Shown: piece by piece, positions 24,776 through 35,562 of the stretch | How the letters are laid out: the number at the start of each line of letters is the position of its first letter | How positions within the stretch are numbered: position 1 is the stretch's first letter | Source: Anthoceros angustus | Taxonomy: Eukaryota; Plantae; Anthocerotophyta | Direction of reading: 5' to 3' | NCBI GenBank assembly: GCA_010909165.1 | Contig: VJWM01000106.1 | Coordinates: 248,001-312,000 of the forward strand | DNA length: 64,000 nucleotides | Notes under the pieces: generated by a model | What the model saw: only the letters and a program-made list of their open reading frames with translations | The model's database searches: none | What the model was told of the DNA's origin: nothing | Translations under genes and position numbers: made by a program

Positions 24776-27081
24776 AGACAAGACCCCTTGTCACGAAGAA
24801 CACCTTACCTAGAACAAGATATGTGCCCTACTTTGATAATGCACACACCCTTTTCCGAGGTCATATCTTTGATAAAGATGCACTTTCAAGTCTACACCCG
24901 AGAACTGGAGCATGAGGGTGTGGGCCCGCTTATGCTTTTAGTAGAATGCATAGAGGGCGCCATTTTCATATGTTTATTACAACCGAAAACTTTTACTTTC
25001 AAGTGGTGGAACACAATGAAAACAATCATTTGAAGCGGAGTCTCATTTAAGTGGTCGTGAGAACATTGCAACAAACAATCAAGGAGGAAGTGGTCATCAA
25101 GATCGATAATAGCCATTCAAGAGTGCGGCTGCGACTCATCCATGCCTTGCGGCGGAGTCAAGTACCACCGCCATATTCGGAGGCGGTCCATATCCGCCTC
25201 GGTTGTCGCTCTCTCCATTGCTTGCTGCCTTCAATAGTATCATTCTTGGGCTGCCTGTCGACCGCCATTATCTATCTACCGACCTCATCCAAAAGGTCGC
25301 CACCGTGGTCTTCAACCTTCCGCACTCAATGCAACCACTTGGGCTTTAAGGCAATGCCAACGTCCTTAAAATGAACAAAGTTAGTTGCCCATGCGCCCAT
25401 GCAAGCATCCTTAAAATCAACAAAATTGAACTTGAGGAGGCACGAGGTTTGAACACAAACCTATTCTACACTTATTTCCCAAACACTAGACCAACAATCC
25501 ATGGTTGAGTTACTCTTGAGGCGCTAAATATTTATTTTTGAAGACAGCCTAGGAGGAGGGCGCTGGCGGCCGGCGCCCATGGGTGTGCAGGAGGCGCCGG
25601 CCGGCCGCCCATGGGCAAGGCATGGGGTGGGGGCACGGCGCCAAGGGGGCAGGCGTGTTAGGCGCCACCGGCCGCCCATGGTGGTGTGCTAGGGGAGGGC
25701 GCTGCCGGCCCATGGTGGTGTTAGGGGAGGACGCGCCGGCCGGCGCCCATGGGGGTGGTGTGTTAGGGGAGGCGCCGGCCGCGCCATGGGCGGTGGGGGA
25801 GGGCCGGCCACGCCCATGGTAGGGTGGGAGGCGCCGGCCGCGCCATGGCGTGGTGGAGGCGCCTACGCCATGAGCATGGGGAGGCGCCGGCCGACGGCGC
25901 CTCCCTTAGCACCATCCTACGGTGCATACGGGTGAAGCTAGGGGGACAAGAAGGAACGGTGTATCCTATCACCGATGGAAGGTGTGGCCCATTTGCGTGA
26001 AGGGTTAAAAGATTTGCATCCATAGGTGACTGAAGAGTATAAGTGGTGGGAAGCCTGTGGACCGGAAGGAGATTGCTATCATTGTGGAGAATAACATTGG
26101 GCTAGTGCTCATTCTTGGAAGTGGTTTTCACGCGTAAGTGGATCATACACGACCACTTCAAGTGCCGATGAAGCTTTGCTAGATGAGGCATTATTGAGGG
26201 ACCTCCCAGTGATATGTATTTGGGGGCATATCAAAATGCGGGAAGGCAACTGGGAAATGGCACGGATGAATGGGGACATAACGGAACCGAGGGATGTTTC
26301 CGCAAAGGCTGCAACACATGGCCATTCGGATTGGGGAGGTCATTGAAGCTAAACGCACCACGACCTCACTTTCTTATCCACTAGTATCGGACCGAGCACA
26401 TAGATGCGTATGAAGGAGATATGTGCAGAACACATAGTCCGCCAGAGTGGTAACCCATCCGTCCAATGCCGAGGAAAAAGGGAATAAGATCCATTACCTA
26501 AAAACATACAGGAGGTATTTGTGAATGAAAACAATATCCTCAGACATGGGTTTGTGTTGAACGACTAAAAACATCCGTATGGACAAAAAGCGATAAGGGA
26601 TAAGCTCGAAAGTTGCGTGGCTTCATACAACTCATGAGTGAAAGTGTCATCAAGATAGTGATGACAATGGAGGAGAAGTCGGACCAAGTGATGACGATGG
26701 ATTGAACTGGGGATGAGTGGCGAAATCTCGCTTTTTCCCGGGTCCCAGAGTTAATGTTGTAAGTCCGTTGTCGATGTTTCGTGTTAGGAAATACCGTCCG
26801 TGGCTTTTGTGGTGTCATAACAAAACCACATTTCCATCCCAAAACCGAAGTTTACTGTTCGGCAGAACGGCCTTCCACCGCTCCTACTTTGCATCATTCT
26901 AGGTTCGAGTATACCACCATTGGCCACACAAACATTGCTAGATGGAAAGTAGTAATTTTCCGGTGACATTTTTTTCGAGTCGCTTTTCGAATGCCTTCAA
27001 ATGTTTTAGGGCCCATCAAAACCCCTTCGTAGATTAATGGAAACCCCTTCGTAGATTATTAACCCTCAAAATTATCGTGTT
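24737..27081. mobile_element. Non-autonomous TIR DNA element inserted in the copia 3' region; ~20-bp TIR, apparent 4-bp TSD AGTG
   Basis: The left end AACACGATAATTTTTGAAGGG and the reverse complement of the right end AACACGATAATTTTGAGGG match. AGTG lies at 24733-24736 and 27082-27085. Copia RNase H ends just to the right and copia 3' sequence resumes to the left. No transposase was recognised. Confidence 0.7.
25560..25900. repeat. GC-rich ~30-38-bp minisatellite (GGCGCCGGCCG(C)CCATGG core) inside the TIR element
   Basis: About 9 recurrences of ggcgccggcc..ccatgg separated by G-rich spacers (ggtgtgttagggga). Confidence 0.75.
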
Positions 27082-27099
27082 AGTGCCAATCTTGGCCAC

Positions 27100-27824
27100 C
27101 GCAATGAGCTTGAGACCATCAAGAATGCTTGGCATGCGAATTCGACCTTGGTTAGCAAATCGCAATATTCTCACTTGTTGGAATATAACGAACTTCCACC
27201 TCACTGACGTTACTTGTCTTATAAAATGATGAGTAATTTCTATATGCTCGACCTCGCATGAAAACGGGTTCTTCGAGAGTGCAATAGCATTGGTTATCAC
27301 ACCATAAATGCTACACATGGCAATTGTCAGATACCTCTCAAAAAACTGTCAAATTACTTCTCCGCTTGTGACAAAGCTCCATATTCGGCCTCAGATGATA
27401 AGCAAATTGTGGCCAACTTCTTACTTGACCAGAAACCATGATCCACCAAGTATATTGCAATATGCTGCAACACTCTTCCTACTATCCGGGTCTCCGGCCC
27501 AATCAGCATCACAGAATGAAGTAAGCATTAAACCAGCAGGCTGCTTAGTGTAAGTAAGTCCAAACCTAGGGGTGCCCTTGAGATACCTAAAAATCCTCTT
27601 CACGGCTGTCCAATGAGCCTCCCCCGGATTTTCTAAAAATTGAGAAACACTACTAACAGCCCTGGCTATATCTAAACGCGTCCATGCTGCAAGATAAATG
27701 AGGCTACCTACAGCTTGCCTATAAGGGCGAGTTGCCATAATATCCTTTTCGACACGTTGAAGGACCTTGCTCCTTGGATAATTTATCTCCTGTGGACATA
27801 GGTGTGTGGCAGCAGGCGTGCATC
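27100..27824 (-). pseudogene. Copia pol 3' part (RT C-terminus and RNase H), frameshifted
   Basis: CHTPMSTGDKLSKEQGP..PYRQAVGSLIYLAAWTRLDIARAVSSVSQFLENPGEAHWTAVKRIFRYLKGT..FCDADWAGDPDSRKS..NAIALSKNP..HFIRQ. Confidence 0.9.
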
Positions 27825-30800
27825 TGTGGGCTGTACTTCTGGGGAGTTAGAAATAAAGTGAGGGTTCTGTTTTTTGAGGATTGAAGGATAAATAAAGGCG
27901 GAAAGGAGGAATAAATTGGGGTGGCGCTGGACGAGGCTCGGAGTATACTCCGGACTGAGTGAACAACGGACCCCGGTACCACTATGGCAAGCTCGGACTA
28001 CGGGAGTAGCAGGATAAGTCAGGAACCCACTCCAGTCAAAATAGGATAAATCGCCCAGTAACCTAGGAGGCGGGCGTGAGGACGGGCGGCGCCACGTGGG
28101 CGGCCACAGAGTGGAGGTCGGGCATGCGGTGGGCAGGCCGTAACTTGCAGGCCGTTATAGCGGTATTCACGCCCAGCTGCCTTGGCGTAAGGCAGTAAGC
28201 GGGCGTAGGGTCGAAAGCCATGCGGACCCACAGCGATTCTGGACAACGGCGCCTTCAGTGATTACTTCCTGGCGGCCAAGGAGGAGGTCATTTCTGACCT
28301 CGGACAATCCTCACGGTCCCTTGCGCTCCATAATCCGGCTCTGGCTGTCTTTTGGGCGCCCGGGCGACAAGGCGTGGCGCCGTCGAGGTTGGAGTGAGCA
28401 GCGGCGAAGGAGGAACATCGTGCCGGCGGACTCGGCCGGCTACGGAGGAGGAGGAAGCAATGGCACCCAAAAGCCGGTGCAGAGCCATGGACCCTCGTGG
28501 GCGCAACATTGTGACCGGCGCTATCCGGACTTGAACTGGAGGCGAGGATTGGTGCGAGTGGCATGGGCGTGTTCCAAATGGTGCGGACCTTTGACAGCGT
28601 CACTCTAGTCCGGGAGTTTGCGGAAGATCTTGGCGATCAACAAGGAGGTCGATCCAAGAACCTCGGGAGGACCAGGCGATGGACCTTGGAGGTCGAGGAT
28701 GGCCTAACCGCTTAGAAGGAGGAAGAAGGGGCGTGGTGCAGGCCCCTTAAGGCGAAGGGAAGATAGGGCCCGACACGTGCGAGGAGCGGCGGACAACCAG
28801 CGGATGGTTGATATCCGTCTGGGCGGTCGAGTAAGGCGGTAGCCGGATCATTATCCATTGGAACACTGCTCACCAAGGTGGATCACCTTGGTGATAACCT
28901 AGTATTCACGCATGCGCTCGGTGAAGAAGGCGGTGGGAAGGATTATCTTCGCCGGTTCGATCGAGGACGCAAGCTAAGGCGAAGCCCTCGCCATCGGTGA
29001 CCCATACGATTCATGTATGGGGACATTTGAGCTCTGAAGGAGGAGGCAGGCGCTCGGAAGGCTGGAGGCCACGAGTAGGCGTGCAAGGCGCGGGTGGGGG
29101 GTCGTCCTTGAAGACCAAGCGGACTCGGGAGGAGGGCAGGAGGATTCCGGACTCCATCGTCTGGGCGAACCCCTCACCACCCGGGGAAGTTTGGGAGGCG
29201 ATTCCCCCCCTCCTTTTGGTGCCCCTCGGGCGGTAGGCACGGGAGGCGATCTGGGAGGCGTTGGCGGCTCCGGCAGGCAACGACCAACAACCACGGCTGA
29301 GCCCGGAACTCAGCGGGGAGCCGAGGCGGAAGGCGGTGCCGCCTGTGACCGGAAGGTGCGTACCCTTACCCACCTTGCAGGTGTGAGGTGAGGCGGTGGA
29401 GGCGAGAAAGGCGTGGCCCAAGGCGAGGAGGTCATGGCCGGCCCCGCAGTCTGTCCCGCAGAAGGGCAAAAACTTGCTCCGGACCCCCTCACCTCCTCAA
29501 GGCCCGAGAAGAGGCGCAAAGGAGTTAGAGGCCAAGAGGGCCAAGAGGGTGAGACTCGGACCTCACCACTCGGGACTGAGGTCTGATTAGGTCAGGAGAA
29601 CCCAGTCGGACTTACTCGGTGCGGTATGGAGGTCCTTGGCGGACCGAAATGCCGGCTCCCACGGACTTTGTGGGGGCCTCACAGTGGCGGCCGTGGAAGA
29701 AACACGCAGTCAGCTACCGTCATGGACGGAATGCTTTGGGGTCTGTGAGTGCAGTGGAAGACCCGAGTGGAGGCCACCGGAGGAGGATGGTGGAACTCAA
29801 GAGCAAGTGGCGGCCCGGAGGGAAGGAAAAGGCGGAGTCCCTCGCTCGGATCGAGGAAGGAAGCCCGGGTGGCGAGCCTTGAGGCAGGCGGTTCGGGCCG
29901 GGCCAAGGTTCTTGTTGTCTGCGAGCAGTGAAACAAGCTCGAGAGGCCCAGCGCAGGCGGAGGACCTTGCGGGCGCGGGGAGGCGGAAGAGGCCGGGCAC
30001 AAGCTCGGGACACAGGCGGCCCGGCTAAGCGGCGCCAAGTGGCGAGCCCGGTAAAGCGGCGAAGAGTCGAGGCGCGTGAAGCGGCAGGATCACTACAGGC
30101 GTGATCGGGCCGGTGGAGAGGCAGTGGCAGGAGGCTAACTCGAAGGCCCAGGCGGCTATGGAGGCGAGCAGGCCGGCCTCGGGAGATAGGGATCTCAGAA
30201 TGCAGTGCGAGGAGGTAGAAGGAGGCGGCGAGATGGAGGCAGCAGGACCTGCTGGGCTACAACTCCAAGATCGTCGGAGGCGGTGATTCTCAGCGAGAGA
30301 ATCCACGACCTCGAGCCGAAGCAGTGCCTCGGCTCCGTCGAGGCGGAGGAAAATCGGCGACTATCGAGGTTGGGCGTTGCGAGCTGAGAAGGGGCTGGAG
30401 GAAGTCGGAGTCGGACGGAGGTCGCACTTTGGAGAGGGCGCGGAGGTAAAGGCAGAATGAGCGGAGGCGAGCTGGGCGAAAGAAGGCTGGTCCGGTGAGA
30501 AAGGCGGAAGGAGCAGCTGCGCTATGGCGGGGGTGGCGATGGAAAGCAGCAGGAGGCTGGGCGGCGGAGCAATGGCAGTGCGAGGAGAGGCCGCCCTTGT
30601 AGCCTCGCGTGGCTGACCCGGCTCGGTATCCAAATCTGGCGGAGGTGGCCCAACAAGCGCGCGCCCGACTCCGGAACACTTATGGCGGAGGGAGTATCGG
30701 GTGCTCGGGCACCGTGGAAGAGCAATTCAACAAGTCGATTCGGACTTTGCCTATTACCTTGAGCTCTGAAGGCGATGAAGCCTCTCGGCGGCGCTGCGAC

Positions 30801-33494
30801 GGGCGGACCCACGGAAGGCTCGAGAAGGAGATGAAGGCCCAGGGGCGCCACGGGGACCCTAGTGGCCTGTTTGGAGATAGCGGGCGGCGGAGAGAGGAGC
30901 AACGGAGGAGGCGAGCGAGGGAGGCGGCGGATGCGGCGGGGTAAGCACCCGCACCTCACCATGGAAGGAGGGCCAGAAGGGGTCGAGGCGATCGGGAGCA
31001 GTGGAGGACTTGAGGAGAGCCACGGAGGTCCGTGAGGAGGAAACCGGGTGGGCGTGAGTCGGACTTTGTCCGGACCCGGAGGAGGCCGGACCACAGTCCG
31101 GACCTCGGTAATAAGTCCGGACCACGAGTCCGGACCCGAACAAGGTCGGACCCGGCGGACCGGAAATAAGCGGACTCACGAGTTGAGTCGAGGCAGACCT
31201 CGGGCCGGCTGCGGCGATGAGGAGGAGCCCCGACTTCGCTAGGAGGCCGATGGTGGTGGCCGGCGAAGGACCGAGGAGGCGAGGAGGATGGTGGAACTCC
31301 AAGAGCAAGTGGAGGGAAGGAAAAGGCGGAGTCCCTCGGATCGAGGAAAGCCCGGGTGGCAGGCCGAGGCAGGCGGTTGAGAGGCCAGAGGTTCTTGGTA
31401 TGACAGTGACAAGCTCAGAGCCCAGCGCGGAGGACCTTCTGCGCAGAGGAAGCGGAAGAGGCAGGAGAGAGCTCGGGACTGGCGGGCGGCTAAGCGGCCA
31501 AATGGGCGAGCCGTAAAGCGGCGAAGAGTCAGCCGGTGAAGCGGCAGGATCACTACTGGGCGTGATCGGGCCGGTGGAGAGAGGCGGTGAGGCTAACTCG
31601 AAGGCCCAGCGGCTATGGGCGAGGCAAGGGCCTCGGGAGATAGGATCTCAGGTCAGTGCGGGAGGTAGAAGGCGGATGGAGGCAGCAAGGACACTGGAGC
31701 TACAACTCAAGATCGTCGGCGGTGACTCTCAGCGAGAGAATCCACGACCGAAGCAGTGCCTCCGGCTCCGAAGGCGGAGGAAAATCGGCGACTATCGAGT
31801 TGGGCGTTGCGAGCTGAGGAGGAAGTCCGGTCGGACGGAGGTATCTGTGCTTTGGAGAGGGCGGCGGAGGTAAGGCGGAATGAGCGGGGGCGCGAGCCTG
31901 GGCGAAAGAAGGCTGGTCCGGTGAGGCGGAAGGGGAGCAGCTGCGCTATGGCGGAATGGTGGCGATGGAAAGCAGCGGAGGCTGGGCGGTGAACAGTGCG
32001 GGAGGAGTGACGAGGCCGCCCTTGTAGCCTCACGTGATCTGACCCGGCTCCGGTATCAAATCGGGAGGTGGCCCAACAAGCCGGCGGCCCGGCTCGAACA
32101 CTTATGGCGGAGGGAGTATCGGGTGCTCGGGCACCAGCGTGGAAGATTCAACAAGTCGATTCGGACTTTGCCTATTACCGCACGAAGCGTAGAAGCCCTC
32201 GGCGGCGGCAGACGGACCACAGGCTCGAGAAGGAGATGAAGGCCACGGGGACACGGGGACCCTAGTGGCCACTGTTTGAAGATAGCGGAGGCGGCGGAGG
32301 AGCAACGGAGGAGGCGAAACGAGGCGGCGGATCTGTGAGGTAAGCACCCGCACCTCGCGGGGAAGGAGCCAGAAGGGGTCGCAGGCGATCGGGGCAGTGA
32401 GGAGGACTTGAGGAGTCAGTGAGGAGGAAACCGGGTGGGCGTGAGTCGGACTTTGTCCAGGACCCGGAGGAGGCGGACCACAGTCGGACCTCGTGTGTCC
32501 GGACCACAGTCGGACCCGTGTCATCCGGACCACGAGGTCCGGACCCGAACAAGGTCGGACCTAGCCGGACCGGAAATAAGCGGACTCCGAAGTTCGGTCG
32601 AGGCGGACCGAGGGCCGTGCGGCGATGAGGAGGCCCCGCCGACTTCTAGGGGCCGATGGTGGTATTACCGTGAAGGACCGAGGACGGGGAGGATGGCGTC
32701 GTGTAGCGGTTGTCGCCGCCGGTGTAACGGCGAGATTCGGAGAGGAGGGCCCGCCTCACGGATCATCCGATTGGGTGCACCACAATCGGGGCGAGTTGGA
32801 CCACCCATTCGGCGGGGCCCGGGACCTTGACCCCGGTCGTGAAGGAGATAGGGGATAGGGCGGTAGGCGGCCGATTAGGGTATCTGGCTATCATTTCGAA
32901 TAGGGGTGTAATAAAGGCGCCAGGCGCGATATAAGAGGGTGGTGCTCTAGTAAAGCATCTTTCTCTTGGTGTTGATGCCGCGTTCTTGCGGACCTTTGTG
33001 AGTCTTCTTGCTAACGTGAGTCTGAGTCATGGCGAGCCGCACTCGGGAGATTGATCAAGGTCCGGTGACGGACTTAGCGTTGTGGTGTGTGCGGGGAAGG
33101 GTGGTGGTGATCCGTGCTCGTCCGGCGCGGCAGGCGCAATTTGGGCAGCGTGAGCGGAGGAGGTGTGTAGAGCCGGACGGAGAGGCCGTGAGCAGCGGAG
33201 GAGGTCGGGGCTGCGTAACCAGCGTCTTTCTAAGGCGAAGAGTGTAGCGTGAGGAGAGAAAGAAGGGATCGTGAAGGATGTATGTGAGCGTCTGACGAGA
33301 CGGGTCCCTAAGCGTTTAGCCATACGGACTGTCTGAACGTTGTGAGTAGTTAGGAGTATGTGTGTGTCTTTGAGGTGAGCAGGCGCTGGGGCGGTAAGAA
33401 TCACACGAAGCAGCAGTGGCAGCCTATCATTCCCTTAGGGAGCGGACTTCTTCCTACAACGACACGGATTGTGCGCTGGCTGAGTCACGCCACA
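27825..33494 (+). mobile_element. Inner TG..CA element (~4.2 kb without its internal duplication) encoding an accessory ORF homologous to that of the outer element; splits the copia RT
   Basis: Begins TGTGG (27825) and ends CCACA (33494). Copia RT reads through when it is removed (..RFNMA|DA..CHTPM). Frameshifted ORF from MAPK (~28480) with VTLVREFAEDL and VGRIIFAG, then coiled coil. TCCGGA-rich repeats (31050-31175, 32450-32590), a TATA-like gatataag (~32928) and subterminal CCTACAACGACA follow. Confidence 0.65.
29782..32696. repeat. Tandem duplication of ~1.45 kb (29782-31282 and 31283-32696)
   Basis: The second copy is riddled with small deletions. The 9-mer GGAGGATGG occurs at 29782, 31283 and 32688. 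Confidence 0.85.
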
Positions 33495-35370
33495 ATCGCC
33501 ATATTGAAAACGCAAAGTTGATTCACAAAATGTTCTGATGTATCTCGATAGTATGCCTATCCTCGGAGAAGTGGCAGCATGAAAAGTGGTGATGGCCCAA
33601 GTCGAACATGTCAAAGCGAGAAAGCAAAACACTCTTGATTCGGGCCATCGGCGGTGAGGTACAAAACAAGAAGTTGTCATCAACATAAACTGTTAAAATA
33701 AGGAAATCGCGTCCCATAAGATATAAACAACTGCATCGACATCAAGGCATGTAAATCCAAGCTCAATGAGTAAGGCATGGAAAGTTTCATTCCAAGCCCT
33801 GCTTGATTGCTTCAAGCCATACAAAGTCTTTAGCAGCTGACAAACTTTGTTAACATCTTCTACAAAACCTTCCGGCTGGGACATATATATTTCTTCCTCT
33901 AAGGACCCATTTAAAAAGGCAGTCTTCACATCCAGCTGATGTACATAAAGACCATAATGGGCAGCCAAGGAGAGCAATATTCTAATTGACGTGGATTTAA
34001 CAAGCTGGGGAAAGTTTCATTGTAATCTAGTACCGACGACTATAACCTTTGGCAACTAACGCCTTATAACGTCCAACACTACCATCGGTGTTCAACTTCT
34101 TCTTGAAAACCCATTTGCAAACAGCGAACTTCTGCGACCCTTGGGTAAATCAACTAATTTCAGGTTTTGTTGGCTATAAGGGAATCATACTCGGACTTGA
34201 TAGCCTTTTGCCAATGTTCGACAGGACCAAACTGCCTATAAGTGGCTGGTTCAGAAGTATCAAAATTCTTAGATGATGGAGAAGTATTTGAAACTAGACC
34301 AGCTACAAAAGGTGGCTCAGACCATTCACTACGAGGTGGTCTATAGCGTGTAGATCTCATAAAAGCGGCTCAGTGTAGGCTCAAGCTGGATCGGTGTGCT
34401 CGGGATCGAAGAGTCGAGAATCAAAAACACAGGATCAACTTCCAAGGGTTCATCAAAGGAGGGAACTGCAGAAGATTCAGGTGCTAGGGGAGCACTAGGA
34501 AGATGAGCTTGTGCATGTGAATCGAATGTTGTAGCCCCCCCTGAAGCCGAGGAAGGTGAACTGGAAACATCATCAGTATCAAAAATAGAGACATCGGCAT
34601 CAGCATTAGTATTGTAATCAGCCAAGTCATCCACTCCATGAATAGAAACAGAAGAATCAAAGGAAGCAGGATCCAAAGCTGTTTCATGACGTCGGAGAAG
34701 AGCATTCTCATGAAAAACAACACTCCGAGAAATGGAAACTTGCCGAGTACGTGGATCGAAAACATATCCCTTTACTCGAATAACCAATAAAAATCTTGAC
34801 GACTTTAGGATCAAGCTTACTCAAAGTCAGAAGGGATCAAAGCATATGCTGGTGCTCCAAAAATACGTAGGTGGGTGATTAGCTTCTTCCCAATCCAGTA
34901 GCTCGTGAGGGGCAAACCAAGCTCCAGCCGTAGGCAGCTGTTTTGCACATAATTAGCACCATAAGCTTGGCTTAATATCCCCTAGTGAGGCCTGCAAATG
35001 CTAAGTTGGAAAGTGTAGCCTCTTGAAGTGTCCTATTCTTGCGTTCAGCGAAAGCATTCTGAGCTGGAGTATAAGGAACTGTAAATTGATGAAGAACTCC
35101 CTCTCCAGCACAAAATTCGGTGAAGGCATTGCTTGTATACTCACCTCATTATAGGTCCTAAAATTTTCAGTGATATGGACAGCGTGGCGAAGCTAAATAC
35201 GTACGAAAAGCATAGCGGGCTTCACTCTTGTGTGCAAGAACAAAAACTGTGCAATAGCGACTCCACTCATCAATAAAAGTGATGAAATATGATGCTCCAC
35301 CAAATGACATGGTTGACATGGGGCCACATATATCACTATGGACAGTGTGGAGCAGGCTGCTATCTCTGCA
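33495..35370 (-). pseudogene. Copia pol 5' part (integrase core and RT N-terminus), frameshifted
   Basis: LHTVHSDICGPMSTMSFGGASYFITFIDEWSRYC (rve); YVFDPRTRQVSISRSVVFHE; WQKAIKSEYDSLIANKT; VHQLDVKTAFLNGSLEEEIYMSQPEGF..LYGLKQSSRAW; ILTVYVDD (RVT_2). Confidence 0.92.
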
Positions 35371-35374
35371 GCAG

Positions 35375-35386
35375 GCTCTGATACCA
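35375..35386 (-). promoter_or_regulatory. Primer-binding site complementary to initiator Met-tRNA
   Basis: The minus strand reads TGGTATCAGAGC immediately after the 5' LTR. Confidence 0.9.
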
Positions 35387-35562
35387 TTTCGTGGATTATG
35401 TGTGTGCTGGTGCACGGGAACGAGAGAGCGCAAGGGGCAAGCAAGCAAAAACAAAAAACCGTTATATTTCATTTTTACAAAAAGAGAGTATATATGAGTA
35501 TTTTAAAAGAGTAGTTATAACTGATTATGAAACTACTAACCTAACTAACATAATTTCCTTTA
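35387..35562 (-). repeat. Copia 5' LTR (176 bp)
   Basis: Matches 22595-22770, abuts the PBS, and is followed by the TSD CTTTC. Confidence 0.88.

Larger units (their letters stand above)
22595..35562 (-). mobile_element. Ty1/copia LTR retrotransposon, gag/protease missing, carrying two nested insertions
   Basis: 176-bp LTRs at 22595-22770 and 35387-35562 with 2 substitutions by eye. Flanking 5-bp duplication CTTTC at 22590-22594 and 35563-35567. Met-tRNA PBS and a PPT are present. Pol order is integrase, RT, RNase H (copia order). Confidence 0.88.

Noticed and set aside
27830-27930. Apparent second copia RT segment (NRTLTLFLTPQKY), suggesting two different copia elements
   Set aside because: It lies inside the TG..CA insert boundary at 27825, and the copia RT joins without overlap when the insert is removed, so the resemblance is coincidental.
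33028-33048. CA followed by TGGCGAGCC as an LTR end plus Arg-tRNA PBS
   Set aside because: Only 9 nt match, no gag follows, and the element's terminus is better placed at 33494.
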